Below, in pieces: positions 11,569 through 21,821 of a stretch of 34,817 nucleotides of DNA; the stretch's first letter is position 1, and each line of letters begins with the position of its first letter. Both the position numbers and the translations under genes were made by a program. The stretch is from Macrostomum lignano (Eukaryota), in the NCBI GenBank assembly GCA_002269645.1, contig NIVC01003626.1:1-34817 (forward strand). The letters run 5' to 3'. A model generated the notes under the pieces. It had not been told where the DNA came from. It ran no database searches and saw only the letters and a program-made list of their open reading frames with translations.

Positions 11569-12588
11569 CTCTGTTGCTTCGGTTCGGGTGCTCGCTTTCA
11601 CTGTTTCTGCTTTTTCTACCGTTGCTAGTTTTAGTTGTTTTTTCCTTGCATTTTCCGTCTTCGCTGCTGCTGCTCCTTGTGCTAATGCTTATGATACGGC
11701 TTTCGCTTGGGCTTCTGCTTCTGCTAAAACTTCTGCTTTGGTTTCTGCTTCTCCTAGGGCTTCTGCTTCTGCTTCTGCTTCTGCTTCGACTTCTGCTTCT
11801 GCTAAAACTTATGCTTTGGTTTCTGCTTCTTCTAGGGCTTCTGCTTCTGCTTCTGCTTCTGATTTGACTTCTGCTTCTGCTAAAGCTTCTGCTTTGGTTT
11901 CTGCTTCTTCTAGGGCTTCTGCTTCTTCTAGGGCTTCTGCTTCTTCTAGGGCTTCTGCTTCTGCTAAAGCTTCTACTTCGACTTGAGCTTCTGCTGAAGC
12001 TTCTGCTTTGGTTTCTGCTTCTTCTAGGGCTTCTGCTTCTGCTAAAGCTTCTGCTTCGACTTCTGCTTCTTGTGCTTCTGCTGAGGCTTCTGTTAAGGTT
12101 TCTGCCAAGGAAGCCTCTATGTTTGCTTCGCTCCTTGTAGTGAACAGGAGCGAAGCGAACATTGAGTCTTCCTTGGTTGCTGCTAAGGCTTCTGCTTTTG
12201 CTTCGGTTTCTACTTTGGCTTCTGCTTCTGATGTCGCTTCTGCTGTTGTCGCTTCTGTTTCTACTTCTGCCGCTCTTGTCATTTTGTTTCTTGCTGTTCA
12301 TATTTTTGATTCCGCTACTTCTTTTGGTTTTGTCACGGCTGTCTTTAAATTCAGTTTCGTTTCTAAAACCATGCGCGCTCGAGCCTTCGTTTTTTGCGCT
12401 GCTGTTTCTGCTTCTTGTTCCACCGCTCCTGGGTTCTACATGTCTGCTTTCTCTGCGGCTCTCAGTGTTTCCTGTTGAGTTTACGGATTCTCGATTGTCC
12501 CTGTTAGGCCCTGCAGAGGCAGGCGAAGGCTGCAGGCCGCCAGATCGAGACGAGGGCGGTGGTCGCTTGCGGGTCGCTCTACTAGAAG
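11569..12588 (-). CDS. Ankyrin-RS protein, exon 4: 1020-nt Arg/Ser-rich (RS, RSP) low-complexity domain
   Basis: Acceptor AAATTCCAG (12589), donor AGAG|GTGAGT (11568), phase 1-1. Open only in the RS frame across the whole exon; extends the 11549..12301 ORF 95 codons upstream. Confidence 0.75.
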
Positions 12589-12702
12589 CTGGAATTTATG
12601 AAAGTTTGGCATAATTGAAGCCTCTACTATTATCCAAAACTTTATTACCGAAAATAGCAAAAAGTCATCAGAGAAACCAGCAACAGGGGTGCCAGCCACG
12701 GA

Positions 12703-13253
12703 ATCTCAGCAACTCTCCACTTGACCCATGACATCTCAGCAACTCTCCACTTGCCCCATGACATCTCAGAAACTCTCCACTTGACCCATGACATCTCAGC
12801 AACTCTCCAATTGACCCATGACATCTCAGAAACTCTCAAATCGACCCATGACATCTCAGAAACTCTCAAATCGACCCATGACATCTCAGCAACTCTCCAC
12901 TTGACCCATGACATCTCAGCAACTCTCCACTTGCCCCATGACATCTCAGCAACTCTCCACTTGACCCATGACATCTCAGCAACTCTCCACTTGACCTATG
13001 ACATCTCAGCAACTCTCCAATTGACCAATGACATCTCAGAAACTCTCAAATCGACCCATGACATCTCAGCAACTCTCCACTTGCCCCATGACATCTCAGC
13101 AACTCTCCACTTGACCCATGATCTCAGCAACTCTCCACTTGACCTATGACATCTCAGCAACTCTCCAATTGACCCATGACATCTCAGAAACTCTCAAATC
13201 GACCCATGACATCTCAGCAACTCTCCACTTGACCCATGACATCTCAGCAACTC
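12703..13253. repeat. 30-bp minisatellite (CATGACATCTCAGCAACTCTCCACTTGACC), intronic
   Basis: Directly visible, ~18 copies. Confidence 0.97.
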
Positions 13254-14275
13254 CCTCTTGAGCTCTATGGCATCTCAGTCAGCAGCTCCCTCTTGAGCTC
13301 TATGGCATCTCAGCAACTCCCTCTTGAGCTCTATGGCATCTCAGCAACTCCCTCTTGAGCTCTATGGCATCTCAGTCAGCAGCTCCCTCTTGAGCTCTAT
13401 GGCATCTCAGCAACTCCCTCTTGAGCTCTATGGCATCTCAGCAACTCCCTCTTGAGCTCTATGGCATCTCAGTCAGCAGCTCCCTCTTGAGCTCTATGGC
13501 ATCTCAGCAACTCCCTATTGAGCTGTATGGCATCTCAGCAACTTCCTCTCGAGCTCTATGGCATCTTAGCAACTCCCTCTTGAGCTCTATGGCATCTCAG
13601 CAACTCCCTCTTGAGCTCTATGGCATCTCAGCAACTCCCTCTTGAGCTCTATGGCATCTCAGTCAGCAGCTCCCTCTTGAGCTCTATGGCATCTCAGCAA
13701 CTCCCTCTTGAGCTCTATGGTATCTCAGCAACTCCCTCTTGAGCTCTATGGCATCTCAGCAACTCCCTCTTGAGCTCTATGGCATCTCAGCAACTCCCTC
13801 TTGAGCTCTATGGCATCTCAGCAACTCCCTCTTGAGCTCTATGGCATCTCAGTCAGCAGCTCCCTCTTGAGCTCTATGGCATCTCAGCAACTCCCTCTTG
13901 AGCTCTATGGCATCTCAGTCAGCAGCTCCCTCTTGAGCTCTATGGCATCTCAGCAACTCCCTATTGAGCTGTATGGCATCTCAGCAACTTCCTCTCGAGC
14001 TCTATGGCATCTTAGCAACTCCCTCTTGAGCTCTATGGCATCTCAGCAACTCCCTCTTGAGCTCTATGGCATCTCAGCAACTCCCTCTTGAGCTCTATGG
14101 CATCTCAGCAGCTCCCTCTTGACCTCTATGGCATCTCAGCAACTCCCTCTTGAGCTCTATGGCATCTCAGCAACTCCCTCTTGAGCTCTATGGCATCTCA
14201 GCAACTCCCTCTTGAGCTCTATGGCATCTCAGCAACTCCCTCTTGAGCCATGTCATCTCAGAAACTCCCCCCGAT
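13240..14275. repeat. 31/35-bp minisatellite (GAGCTCTATGGCATCTCAGCAACTCCCTCTT, some units with an extra 4 nt), intronic
   Basis: Directly visible, ~31 copies; shares the core CATCTCAGCAACTC with the adjoining 30-bp array. Confidence 0.97.
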
Positions 14276-14414
14276 ATCTCAGCTATTACCCTTTATTACT
14301 TTTGAGAGCCCTGGCCTAACCCAAACCCTAGCTTCTTGATTAGTACACTCTTATTTTACTCACTGGTTGTCGTTCTTGTACGGAATCAAACAAGCATGTA
14401 TGGGCTAAACTTAC

Positions 14415-14597
14415 CTAATTGTCTGTTTCTACCGCGAGGCGGCTGTTGTCGATTTGGTTCGATAACTAAAATACGTCGCAAGGTTTCATATGATCACTTG
14501 TGCACTGAACATCATCAAGGTATTTGTGAAAAATATCTAAAATGCCACTTACAGACAGGCTGCGGCACCGGTCTTTTAGCTCTATCGAGTTTCTTAG
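14415..14597 (-). CDS. Ankyrin-RS protein, exons 2 and 3: 14597-14553 (45 nt) and 14465-14415 (51 nt)
   Basis: Acceptors TTCATTGACAG and TATTTTAG, both donors GTAAGT, both phase 1-1; read AKKLDRAKRPVPQPV and FIEPNRQQPPRGRNRQL. Confidence 0.7.
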
Positions 14598-14807
14598 CTG
14601 TCAATGAAAGATGAGAGCAAACGTTTTTGGTAGATTTTTTATGATGCAAAATAAATAGGAACTGAAAGAACTGCTAGGAACAGTTTTGACTGCTCCTATA
14701 GCAGTTCCTATAAAATGCCTCACTGGATACAACTTTAGCGTTAAAAACCGAATACTAAGCTTTAACAGTAGACAATTAACCAGTAAGTTAATAGGAAGTA
14801 AGTTAAT

Positions 14808-14970
14808 CCTCTCTCCTCTCGTAGGAATACGAGAGGAGAGAGGAGAGAAGAGAGAGGGAGAGAGGAGAGGAGAGGGAAGAGGGGGAAGAGGAGAGGGGGG
14901 AAGAGATGGGGAGAAACGAGAGGGTGGGAGGAGAGGAGAGAAGAAGGCGAAAGAAGAGAGGAGAGACACG
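14808..14970. repeat. GA-rich low-complexity tract in intron 1 of the ankyrin gene
   Basis: Directly visible. Confidence 0.85.
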
Positions 14971-15039
14971 TTCGTACGTGTAAAGCTTTCTCAATGATTG
15001 AACAAACGTGCGCAGAAACTCCTCTGCCGAGGACCGTAC

Positions 15040-16024
15040 CTTTCCTTGTGCATTCGCTAATAGCCGACTCGATAAGTTTTTTTGCGGGCACGGTTACAAT
15101 GGCATTCGCTCTGCAGTTCTCCTGCAGATACTGAATCGGGGTTTTCCCAAAACTGTCCCTAATTCGAGGATCGGTGCCGTTATTCAGCAGCATCGCCTGC
15201 AATTTGCCGCTTTGCTCAACCTTGACGATGTACCGTTGGCACAGGTAAAGCGTGTGCAAAGGTGTTCTGCCATACCTGTCAATCTTGTTCACACTTGCAC
15301 CTTTTCGGCGAACCAAGTCGGCCATGTCTGCAATCTCCTCAGTGCTGTAGTAGCATGAAGACAAGAGATGGAGAGCTGTAAAGCCATCCCCTTTTCTCAT
15401 CACCATCTGAAAGTCAAAATCCGACCAGTGCTCCATCAGGACCTCCAGAACCTGCTTCGGGCTGTAGCAGCGCAGTTCTTCTTTCATTTTCCGCCTCGAC
15501 ATCTGCTGCAGCCCAAGAAATAGCAGCTGGAAAGAGTTGCAGCCTTGCGAGTTGACTACGTCCTTGACAATGAAGCCTTCTAGAGCTGACTGATGCCGAA
15601 CAACTTCTGCGGCACCCATCCAGCAAGCGGTAAGAAACTTGAATTTATTGAATTCGCCAGCAGCATCCTCTTCATATAAGAATTCAATTAGCATTTTACG
15701 AAACTCTCTTTTGCACCTGCTCAATAAGCCAAGATCCTCAGCTAAGTAAGTGGGATCGCCGCCAAACTCGAGTATTAACTTCCCAGCCTCTGTCTTGTTG
15801 TACCTGGCAGCAAGAATTAGCATTGTCCAGCCCAGGTGGTTCACGGGTTTGTTCACTATTCCTGGGTTGGCTTCCAACTTTTTCCTAATATTGTTTAAAA
15901 AGGTGGTGTTGATGTATTCTCCGTCTTGACTTCGGGTTATCCAATCTATGAGACTGCGAGCCACTTCAAAAGAAATTGAGTCATTGTCTCCTTCCCGCTG
16001 ATTTTGGTCTCTGGCGCTTATCAT
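15040..16024 (-). CDS. Ankyrin-repeat protein, first coding exon (328 codons)
   Basis: Ankyrin motifs VNHLGWTMLILAARYNKTEAGKLILEFGGDP, GDGFTALHLL, GASVNKIDRYGRTPLHTL, GTDPRIRDSFGKTPIQYL. An in-frame TGA immediately precedes the ATG. Phase-1 donor AAAG|GTACGG at 15039; the ORF-track tail after it is intronic low complexity. Confidence 0.9.
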
Positions 16025-16059
16025 TCAGACGGCTGGGACCTGAGTTCCTTTGTACGCTC

Positions 16060-16172
16060 CTGTGATCAAGAATTGAGAGGAACTGCTGACTCAGGCGAAG
16101 TAATTGGCGTATTAGTAAAGTTGCAGACACAAAGTACGACAACACGCAGTAAAATTTATTAACGATACTTAC
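16060..16172 (-). other. Probable 5'-UTR intron of the ankyrin gene
   Basis: Donor TTTG|GTAAGT at 16172, acceptor TTGATCACAG at 16060, 35 nt before the ATG. Confidence 0.55.
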
Positions 16173-17543
16173 CAAACTCTTGAAAAGTCAAATTTGCTAC
16201 TTTCCAAAAACAAAAGCGATTATGACTGTGCAGGACTAATCAAATAAACGACTCGATAAGCACTGCCAGTGCTCGATGTTTTAGCTTGATGGACTCAACG
16301 AGATAAGATTTTATTTTATTCTGCATCCTGCTGCATGACGAAATGAATTTTGCTTGCTATAGCTATGTCCACAGGTCTCTCCCACCCTACGTCGGCTTAC
16401 AAGTGCATACGAGCTAGCATGGATATGCAAATATGCACAATATTAAACGAAGATCCGTACTACATTGTAGCACTTTGTACCTTAATGACGACGTTCTGTA
16501 CGCGCCTGCCCACCCCAACTCCACAGAAGCAGCTGGTGCTTCGGTGGGGTGGAAAAGTACTGCATTATGCAGCTTACGAGCGAAACTGACAACAATAGCA
16601 ACGCAACGAGCTGAAGGCATTTATGAAAAGCAAAGGCAAGAAGCCCCCGCATTTCTGAGTGTACTGTGCAAAGAGAATAAATAATTATTAGATCATAGCC
16701 AATGAATATTTTTATCACAAGCAATGCACCGCAGTTGAGCAACTGAACTTAAGAAGGGCGAGAGATTTGGGGTGAACCGCGTACTCTCTGAGACTCTTTA
16801 AAGGCTGACCACCAGGGGTTGCGCTCTCCGCGTCCGCGAATTATGGTAGAATTGAAAGGAATGAAAGGCAAAGTGTAATGGAATTCCGAATTGCTTAACA
16901 ATGTCCAAACTAGGGTGACTCTATTGCACTGCAGTTTCCACGCCCAGGTCTAGTCCCAACCGAGCTGTCTATCCTTAATAGGCCCTCATTCAATTTCCTG
17001 GCACATCCGGCCGTGCCACAACTCCACTATACATGTACATGTAGTTTTGGAGAAGGAAACTGGGCGTAAAGGATGCAGCTGCTTTTTTTCAGTCGATTCA
17101 GGGGCCACCAGCAGACTGTCCTCACAGACTAGCTATGATTCAACATGCATGCACTGTCTTTCGCTGGAAGAAATACAATATTATATTGTAGCCATAAAAT
17201 AATCAAGCAATCTTGTAAGTCAGATTTGCAGCAACTCCGTAGTACTCGTACAACCTTCCGAGACGAGACGTCCGCCGACCAATCAAAATGCACTCGCGAA
17301 TCTGCATGTATGACAAATGGAGAATGCTGTACATGTCCCTGTAAAAGTATAATGTACAAGATCAAACTGACAGACGTACAGCATGTACATCATGTGGTAG
17401 TGCAATAACCAAGGACCACTGTATATAACTGTTATATACAGTGTTCCTTGGCACAAACTTAAATACATAACACATTCACATGTGTAAAGGGTTAAAAATT
17501 TATTAAAGCGTCACAATTAAATCCCAACGCTGATTCCACCAAT

Positions 17544-19310
17544 TGTAAAATGCTTAAAATTAAACAGGCTTGACGGCTTGGAAACCAAATCCCACCGTTG
17601 CTACACCAAAGGTAGAAGGTCTTAAATTTATTAAACTTGACGTTGTTAATTGTTAAACCCAGCACGATACTTATTACTAACGAGTAGTATTTCACGGACC
17701 AGCGATCTGATACTCGAAGGAATTGGGTTAATCGTCTCGCCCGTTCTAGATTTCCGCTGGGGTATTTGTCTCACTAGGAGTCTAGATTTCCGCTGGGGTA
17801 TTTGTCTCACTAGGAGTCTAGATTTCCTCTGGGCTATTTGTCTCACTAGGAGTCTAGATTTCCTCTGGGCTATTTGTCTCACTAGGAGTCTAGATTTCCT
17901 CTGGGCTATTTGTCTCACTAGGAGTCTAGATTTCCTCTGGGCTATTTGTCTCACTAGGAGTCTAGATTTCCTCTGGGCTATTTGTCTCACTAGGAGTCTA
18001 GATTTCCTCTGGGCTATTTGTCTCACTAGGAGTCTAGATTTCCTCTGGGCTATTTGTCTCACTAGGAGTCTAGATTTCCTCTGGGCTATTTGTCTCACTA
18101 GGAGTCTAGATTTCCTCTGGGCTATTTGTCTCACTAGGAGTCTAGATTTCCTCTGGGCTATTTGTCTCACTAGGAGTCTAGATTTCCTCTGGGCTATTTG
18201 TCTCACTAGGAGTCTAGATTTCCTCTGGGCTATTTGTCTCACTAGGAGTCTAGATTTCCTCTGGGCTATTTGTCTCACTAGGAGTCTAGATTTCCTCTGG
18301 GCTATTTGTCTCACTAGGAGTCTAGATTTCCTCTGGGCTATTTGTCTCACTAGGAGTCTAGATTTCCTCTGGGCTATTTGTCTCACTAGGAGTCTAGATT
18401 TCCTCTGGGCTATTTGTCTCACTAGGAGTCTAGATTTCCGCTGGGCTATATTCGTCCCACGGGTTTTTGTCCAACAACAGGATAATACGTCACCCTGGAC
18501 TCTTAGCCGGTGATGACTCAGCGTCTGGCTCGGATTAATTGGGCTAATTGTCCGCGAACTCTAAATTTGCTGAGTGAGCGGTTCCTCTATTCCACAAATA
18601 TCCCAAATAACTTAGAATAACGGTAGCTGCGATGACAGGGTCTAATTAGGGCTAAAATTTTTATCTTGCACCAGCCGAAGAGCGGTACCCTGAGATGGTC
18701 TGATAGCGTGCGACCAATAAATTTCTTGATAATTTGCGTGCCCTCCCGAATCGATATGATTAATCCCAATTCTTTTATATATTTCACGGAAGGTAGTTCG
18801 CTGCCACCAATCGAAGCTATAGTTAAAATTGACTGAGACAAGTCGCTTGAATTAAGAATTTAATTAGTTGGGACTTAATAAATTGGAAGTAGCTTCAGAT
18901 TAGTAATTAACAAATATAATTATCAAAACTTATTAATTAACTAGAGCACAAGCAGAACAAAGAGTAATAAAAACTTAACATTGAATAATTAACAATTATT
19001 ATTAATAATCAATAATTAATAACAATTACTATTAATAATTAATAAGTAAGATCTACAACTTCTTCTCAATAGTTAAGAATTTCGAGATCCTCTTACTCAT
19101 GTCGAGTATTCGTAACTAGATCTATCACTCACTGATTATATTTATGCACCAATTGGCCGGGCTTCACACAAGCCAATATTAATTACCGGCGGGAACTTCC
19201 GCAACAAAGACTAGGCGGACCGTCGCAACAAGGGCAAACCAGGGCAGAGCGGGCGCCCTTCAAATTGGAGCGCGGTATATTTATACCAATTAGTCTGGTG
19301 CATTTTAACA
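17544..19310 (-). mobile_element. Degenerate LTR-like/non-autonomous element candidate
   Basis: Inverted termini TGTAAAATGC (17544) and GCATTTTAACA (19310), i.e. TG...CA; tRNA-Leu-primer-like motifs on the minus strand; no TSD and no gag/pol coding sequence found. Confidence 0.3.
17746..18449. repeat. 36-bp minisatellite (CTAGATTTCCTCTGGGCTATTTGTCTCACTAGGAGT), ~19.6 nearly identical copies
   Basis: Directly visible; central units identical. Confidence 0.98.
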
Positions 19311-19632
19311 AAGATAAAGTTATACTTGTCGCGCAGTTCTTGTACATTATTCCTAGCGCTTGTGCATGAAATCCAGTGAATTACTTGAATGTATTAGTAA
19401 ACTTATTTCATTATTAGTAATTTTGCATTATTACGGATTTTCCAAGGAGCCATGTCACACATGTGTACGATTACTTCGATCGTATTTTAATAATAATGTA
19501 TTTTCACGTGATTTGTTTCAATTTGGTCTGTATATCTTGCATCCGAACATACTGAAACATCACCAGTAAAGTGTACGGTAGTCGTAGAAGCACAAGCTAC
19601 ATATGTTACGTACAGTATTGTACTCGTATTTT

Positions 19633-19927
19633 CAGGGGCGTCGCCATGGATATTATGGCGGGGGACAAAGCCAAGAATTCAACTTGTACATATGTACATT
19701 ACTAAATTTCTAAATTTCTATTATTTTGAGAATCGTGTTGTCAGAGCCCTCATTTTGGCGCAGCAGGTACTCATTTTAGCGCCACAGGCACTCATTTTGG
19801 CCCCCTAAAAAAATTTATTGATTTACCACAACGAGTCAGAAGGTGGGGTGGGGGGACAACATTGGCATGTCCCCCCATAGCTTTTACTGGGGGGGACATG
19901 TCTTCCCCCCCGGTGGCGACGCGCCTG
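19633..19927. mobile_element. hAT-type MITE, 295 bp
   Basis: 14-bp TIR CAGGGGCGTCGCCA / TGGCGACGCGCCTG (1 mismatch); 8-bp TSD CGTATTTT / CATATTTT (7 of 8). Confidence 0.85.
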
Positions 19928-21305
19928 CATATTTTACCTGCACACGTACATCTTTACCTGTACAACTGACTTTTGATAGACGTGATCGAGAATTGCAGTC
20001 AGCCCAAGGAAACCAGTGAAACACTTTAAAGCATTTGACCGCTTTATAAAACTACTGCATGAAGTCAGCCCTGCGTCGCACATACATTATCCATGTCCAA
20101 TTTTTAATGAAAGTCCTTTCATTTGCACCTTGCACATTGCTGGCCATTAGGCATATGATTGACCTCGATGTAAACGTGTTGTAACTTTTTTTGGGAAACT
20201 GCCAGATCATCACTCTTCGGCTAGCTGTTTTTATTTAAAGCAAGTAAAAACGTTAAAAAATGTAAAACATATTCTCTAAACGTTTATTTGGGTTAAACTG
20301 TTTGTTATAACTACTAGTTTAAAATACTAAAAAAGAAGAAATTAAATTACTCTTCATAATAAAGATTCATGAATGATCATCATCAAGACAACAAACATCG
20401 TCATGACATTAGCGCTCTTGGATGCTTGGTTGAATGGTTGTTCATATTCCTTTGTTGAATACATAGTCAAAATAGAGCCTAGAGCTAATAGCTTCTACAA
20501 CGTAGAAAAAAATTGTAAAGAAACTAATCGAAACACAAACAGCACAGCAACTGTAATCATAATCATAGACATAGGGCCTACTTGTTTGAAACAGAACATT
20601 CAGGACTCAGGACAGGTGGGTGGGCTAACGTAAGTTTATAATATAGCATCTGTATTAAAATATTACTAAAAAGTGCTTATACAAACCACCCGAACAGTCC
20701 GTGTAGGCCTACATAGATGATCATAGATTTATGCACACGAGCCCGGGCATCTCGAAAAATATGTTGCTAAAAGGGATGCAGCCCAGCTGGGCTAGCATTA
20801 GGCCTAGCTAGAGACACAGGCTGGTCTAGCACGACTACCACTAAATTCCTTGCTTCTCTGGCTGCGCTGACCTAGCAGATCAACAGTGCTAGGCCTAGTT
20901 TATTAGATTAGGCCTAGGCCCTACCCTAGTAGGCTAGTCCCATGCCATATAGTAGTCCCTAGGCCATAGGAAGTATTATGTGTTGTACTTTATAGCACAT
21001 GTAGGCGTAGCTAGCCATTGTAATGTCTATTTGTTGCATGATTTGGGAAGACAAGTAGGGCCAATAGAATATAGGGCCTATAATGGAAATTTCAATTTCT
21101 ATTATACACCATTCCTTCCACAGATTAGAAACAATCCATACTAAATTAAAATAAAACAATGTTATATCTATTGTATTGCAATTGTTTTATAAACTCATCA
21201 AAAAGCAAATGGTAGGCCTAAGAGGCTAGGGCTAGGCCTATAATAGAGCATAGGCCTCCCTAGCCCTAGGCAAGTAACAAGCCTATAGGCCTACTTGTAT
21301 CTTAG

Positions 21306-21821
21306 CCATAGTCTGGATCATGCTGGACTTATGCCGGAGGAAAAATCCAACATTTTTTGGCACTTATGCCAGACTTATGCCAACCAAAAAAAGGTCCCTT
21401 TGACTTACGCCACCCAAAAAAAGGTCCCTCACAATTCGGTGATTAATTAAATTCAGAAGTTGCAACTGTTTAAAAATCTCACAAGTTGCGAATTCTGAAT
21501 CAAGAATCAAAGTAAGCATCTTGAAGCTAAAAAAACTTTTGCTATCCTACAATAGATATTCTGCTATCTAATTTATATAAACTGCAATATTTTAATGAAC
21601 TTTGTTTTAATGTTGCTCTTTAACATCATATTTAACGCAAATGTGTAATGTTCTATAGTGATAGATTTGATTGTGAATGATCTTATTTGTGCCAACATTT
21701 ATGCCACTTGATTTATGCCATGTACTTATGCCAAGCACTTACGCCAAGGCACATTTTGGCCTATACTTATGCCAACCACTTACGCCAGCCTCTGGCATAA
21801 ACGACATGATCTGGACTATGG
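21306..21821. mobile_element. Non-autonomous DNA transposon (MITE), 516 bp, 8-bp TSD
   Basis: 17-bp TIR CCATAGTCTGGATCATG / CATGATCTGGACTATGG (2 mismatches); perfect TSD TATCTTAG (21298-21305, 21822-21829); subterminal TTAYGCC repeats. Confidence 0.85.

Noticed and set aside
12684-14313. CAGGGGTGCCA...TGAGAGCCCTG as TIRs enclosing the 30/31-bp arrays
   Set aside because: Only 8 of 11 match and the flanks (ACCAGCAA vs GCCTAACC) are not a TSD.
17646-18513. 258-aa and 287-aa ORFs through the 36-bp array
   Set aside because: Triplet-multiple unit without stops; no ATG start; no homology outside the repeat.
17477-19467. CACATGTGTA repeated at 17477 and 19458 as a TSD/terminus for a 2-kb element
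   Set aside because: Boundaries are ambiguous, the motif is a simple near-palindrome, and it conflicts with the 17544/19310 inverted ends.
19960-20640. Short Met-less or hydrophobic ORFs on both strands
   Set aside because: No recognisable domain and no consistent splice chain.
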